From: an uncultured Lentimicrobiaceae bacterium | GTDB taxonomy: Bacteria; Bacteroidota; Bacteroidia; Bacteroidales; SKPS01 | Direction of reading: 5' to 3' | Length of the DNA: 64,000 nt | Assembly (NCBI GenBank): GCA_964652685.1 | Contig: CAZZBS010000007.1 | Span: 20,544 to 84,543 of the forward strand | Part shown: positions 62,745 through 64,000 of the stretch, in pieces | Position numbering within the stretch: position 1 is the stretch's first letter | Layout: each line of letters opens with the position of its first letter | The notes under the pieces: model-generated | What the model saw: only the letters and a program-made list of their open reading frames with translations | Told to the model about the DNA's origin: nothing | Databases searched by the model: none | Program-made: the position numbers and the translations under genes

Positions 62745-63326
62745 TTATTTCCCCTGGACATAAGATGAAAGGTGTCCCCTCAGATTGTTTTTTGCCCTGA
62801 AAAGGAGTGATTCAACGGCAGGAACAGTTGTGCCCATTACCGCAGCAATTTCCTTATAGGATAAGCGGTCGTATTTGTTGAGCAGAAAAGCAGTCTTTTG
62901 TTGTCTGGGCAGGCGGTCAATCGCTTGATGCAGGGCCTGACGGTCTTCTTTGTTTTGCATGGCAAAATCGGGATTTTGTGATACCGGGGCCGTTACCGTT
63001 TGCCGGTTGTTTATGATCTCCTGGCCTGAAAAACCTGTCAGGGTATGTAAAAGTTTCATCCTTTGTTGTCGCTTCCGGCGATTAATGGCTTTATTGACCG
63101 TTATTCGGTAAATCCAGGTTGATAATCCTGAATCACCCCTGAATTTCCCGATGGATTGAAGAACCTCAATAAAAACCTCCTGTGCATTGTCTTCTGCTTC
63201 ATGGAGATCATGCAGGTAACCGTTTGATAGATTGATGACCTTCACCTGAAAGTGATCAACCAGCCATCTAAAAGCATCTCTGTCACCCTGTTTAAGTCTT
63301 TCAACCAATATCGTTTCCTGCATCAC
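62745..63326 (-). CDS. ECF-subfamily RNA polymerase sigma-70 factor
   Basis: 193 aa. Region 2 is DAFRWLVDHF...HEAEDNAQEVFIEV...WIYRITVNKAI. The region 4 HTH is LSYKEIAAVMGTTVPAVESLLFRAKNNL. Confidence 0.9.
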   Translation of the reverse strand: MMQETILVERLKQGDRDAFRWLVDHFQVKVINLSNGYLHDLHEAEDNAQEVFIEVLQSIGKFRGDSGLSTWIYRITVNKAINRRKRQQRMKLLHTLTGFSGQEIINNRQTVTAPVSQNPDFAMQNKEDRQALHQAIDRLPRQQKTAFLLNKYDRLSYKEIAAVMGTTVPAVESLLFRAKNNLRGHLSSYVQGK

Positions 63327-63347
63327 CGGACCGGATTCATTGCTTTT

Positions 63348-64000
63348 TTAGACATTCTGTGGCAACTCTTCTTGCGCAGATGCTGCGTTTTTTCTTTTAG
63401 CCGCCACGATACTCGCATTCAGTTCAAACCCTACAAGCAGAATGATGGCATTGTAATAAACATACAGCAGTAGCAGCAGCAGGGTTCCTACAGAACCATA
63501 CAGGGCATTATGGGCTGAGAAATACCGTATAAAATAGCCAAATCCCCATGCCATGGCAACAATAAACAGGGTGGCGATCAGCGAACCGACCGAGAAGAAA
63601 CGAAATCCCACACTTCTGGCAGGTGCAAAATAATAGATCATGGAGATGATCAGGTAAACCATGGCAGCCAGGACGAACCATCGTCCTGTAAAGAAAAAAG
63701 CGATGTTTCCCGGATCAGTTATATAGTGGTTGTCAATGAGCCATCTGATGCTGTCTCTGCCAATTATCATGATGCTAATGGCAATAATGATCAGGATCGT
63801 TGAAACAATCATGAGCAGCAGGCTTAGAATTCTTTGTTGCCAAGGGCTACGTGATTCGTTGATATTGATGGACTGGTTAAAAGAGGAGATCAGGCTGATA
63901 AAACTACTGGAGCTGAAGTAGAGTGCCATCAGGAATCCAAAGGAGAGGAGCCCTGTGTGGCGGATCGTAATGATGTCAAGAATGGTTTTTTCGATGAGTG
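63348..64000 (-). CDS. YihY/BrkB (virulence factor BrkB) family membrane protein, C-terminal part (5' end lies right of the window)
   Basis: The frame stays open upstream of the listed M (63929) to the window edge (...LIEKTILDIITIRHTGLLSFGFLMALYFSSS...). Multiple TM helices and the C-terminus ...YYNAIILLVGFELNASI are typical of the YihY family. Confidence 0.75.
   Translation of the reverse strand, partial: LIEKTILDIITIRHTGLLSFGFLMALYFSSSSFISLISSFNQSININESRSPWQQRILSLLLMIVSTILIIIAISIMIIGRDSIRWLIDNHYITDPGNIAFFFTGRWFVLAAMVYLIISMIYYFAPARSVGFRFFSVGSLIATLFIVAMAWGFGYFIRYFSAHNALYGSVGTLLLLLLYVYYNAIILLVGFELNASIVAAKRKNAASAQEELPQNV

Overview
The window reads as chromosomal core DNA of a Bacteroidota bacterium. 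The evidence is type IX secretion and gliding genes, a GLPGLI-family gene, and TAnnTTTG -7 boxes upstream of many genes. I recognise about 50 genes and two tRNAs.

Gene content:
- DNA repair: mutS2 (3' fragment), mutS, a ComM/YifB-like ATPase and an SF1B RecD-like helicase.
- Envelope and peptidoglycan: ddl, murF, anmK, waaA, hldD, two M23 peptidases and two OmpA-type proteins.
- Cofactor and isoprenoid metabolism: folK, ispF and the futalosine-pathway genes mqnB, mqnD and a CofH/MqnC/MqnE-type radical SAM gene.
- Other housekeeping: alaS, sppA and an acyl-CoA carboxyltransferase with a small biotinyl protein.
- T9SS-related genes, which are unusually dense here: a PorE-like protein, porU-porV divergent from a porP/sprF-like gene plus gldJ, and two tandem CTD-bearing cargo proteases (C10 and M43).
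- An ECF sigma/anti-sigma operon with two Spy/CpxP-like proteins.

I saw no CRISPR array, transposase, integrase, prophage or obvious defence island, and no single locus is clearly a new system.

The best candidates for something undescribed are:
1. A promoter-led gene string encoding a Tyr-rich secreted protein, a TamL-like lipoprotein barrel with no tamB, and a helicase.
2. An orphan strong terminator with competing helices between the divergent folK and sppA genes, which could be an sRNA or a leader.
3. A promoter-plus-terminator mini-unit and repeated motifs in the 596-bp porU/porP-like control region.
4. The uncharacterised barrel + GLPGLI pair and the ECF/Spy-like module.

All family calls come from motifs read in the translations. 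No database search was run. Several ORF-track starts look 5'-extended and were re-called.
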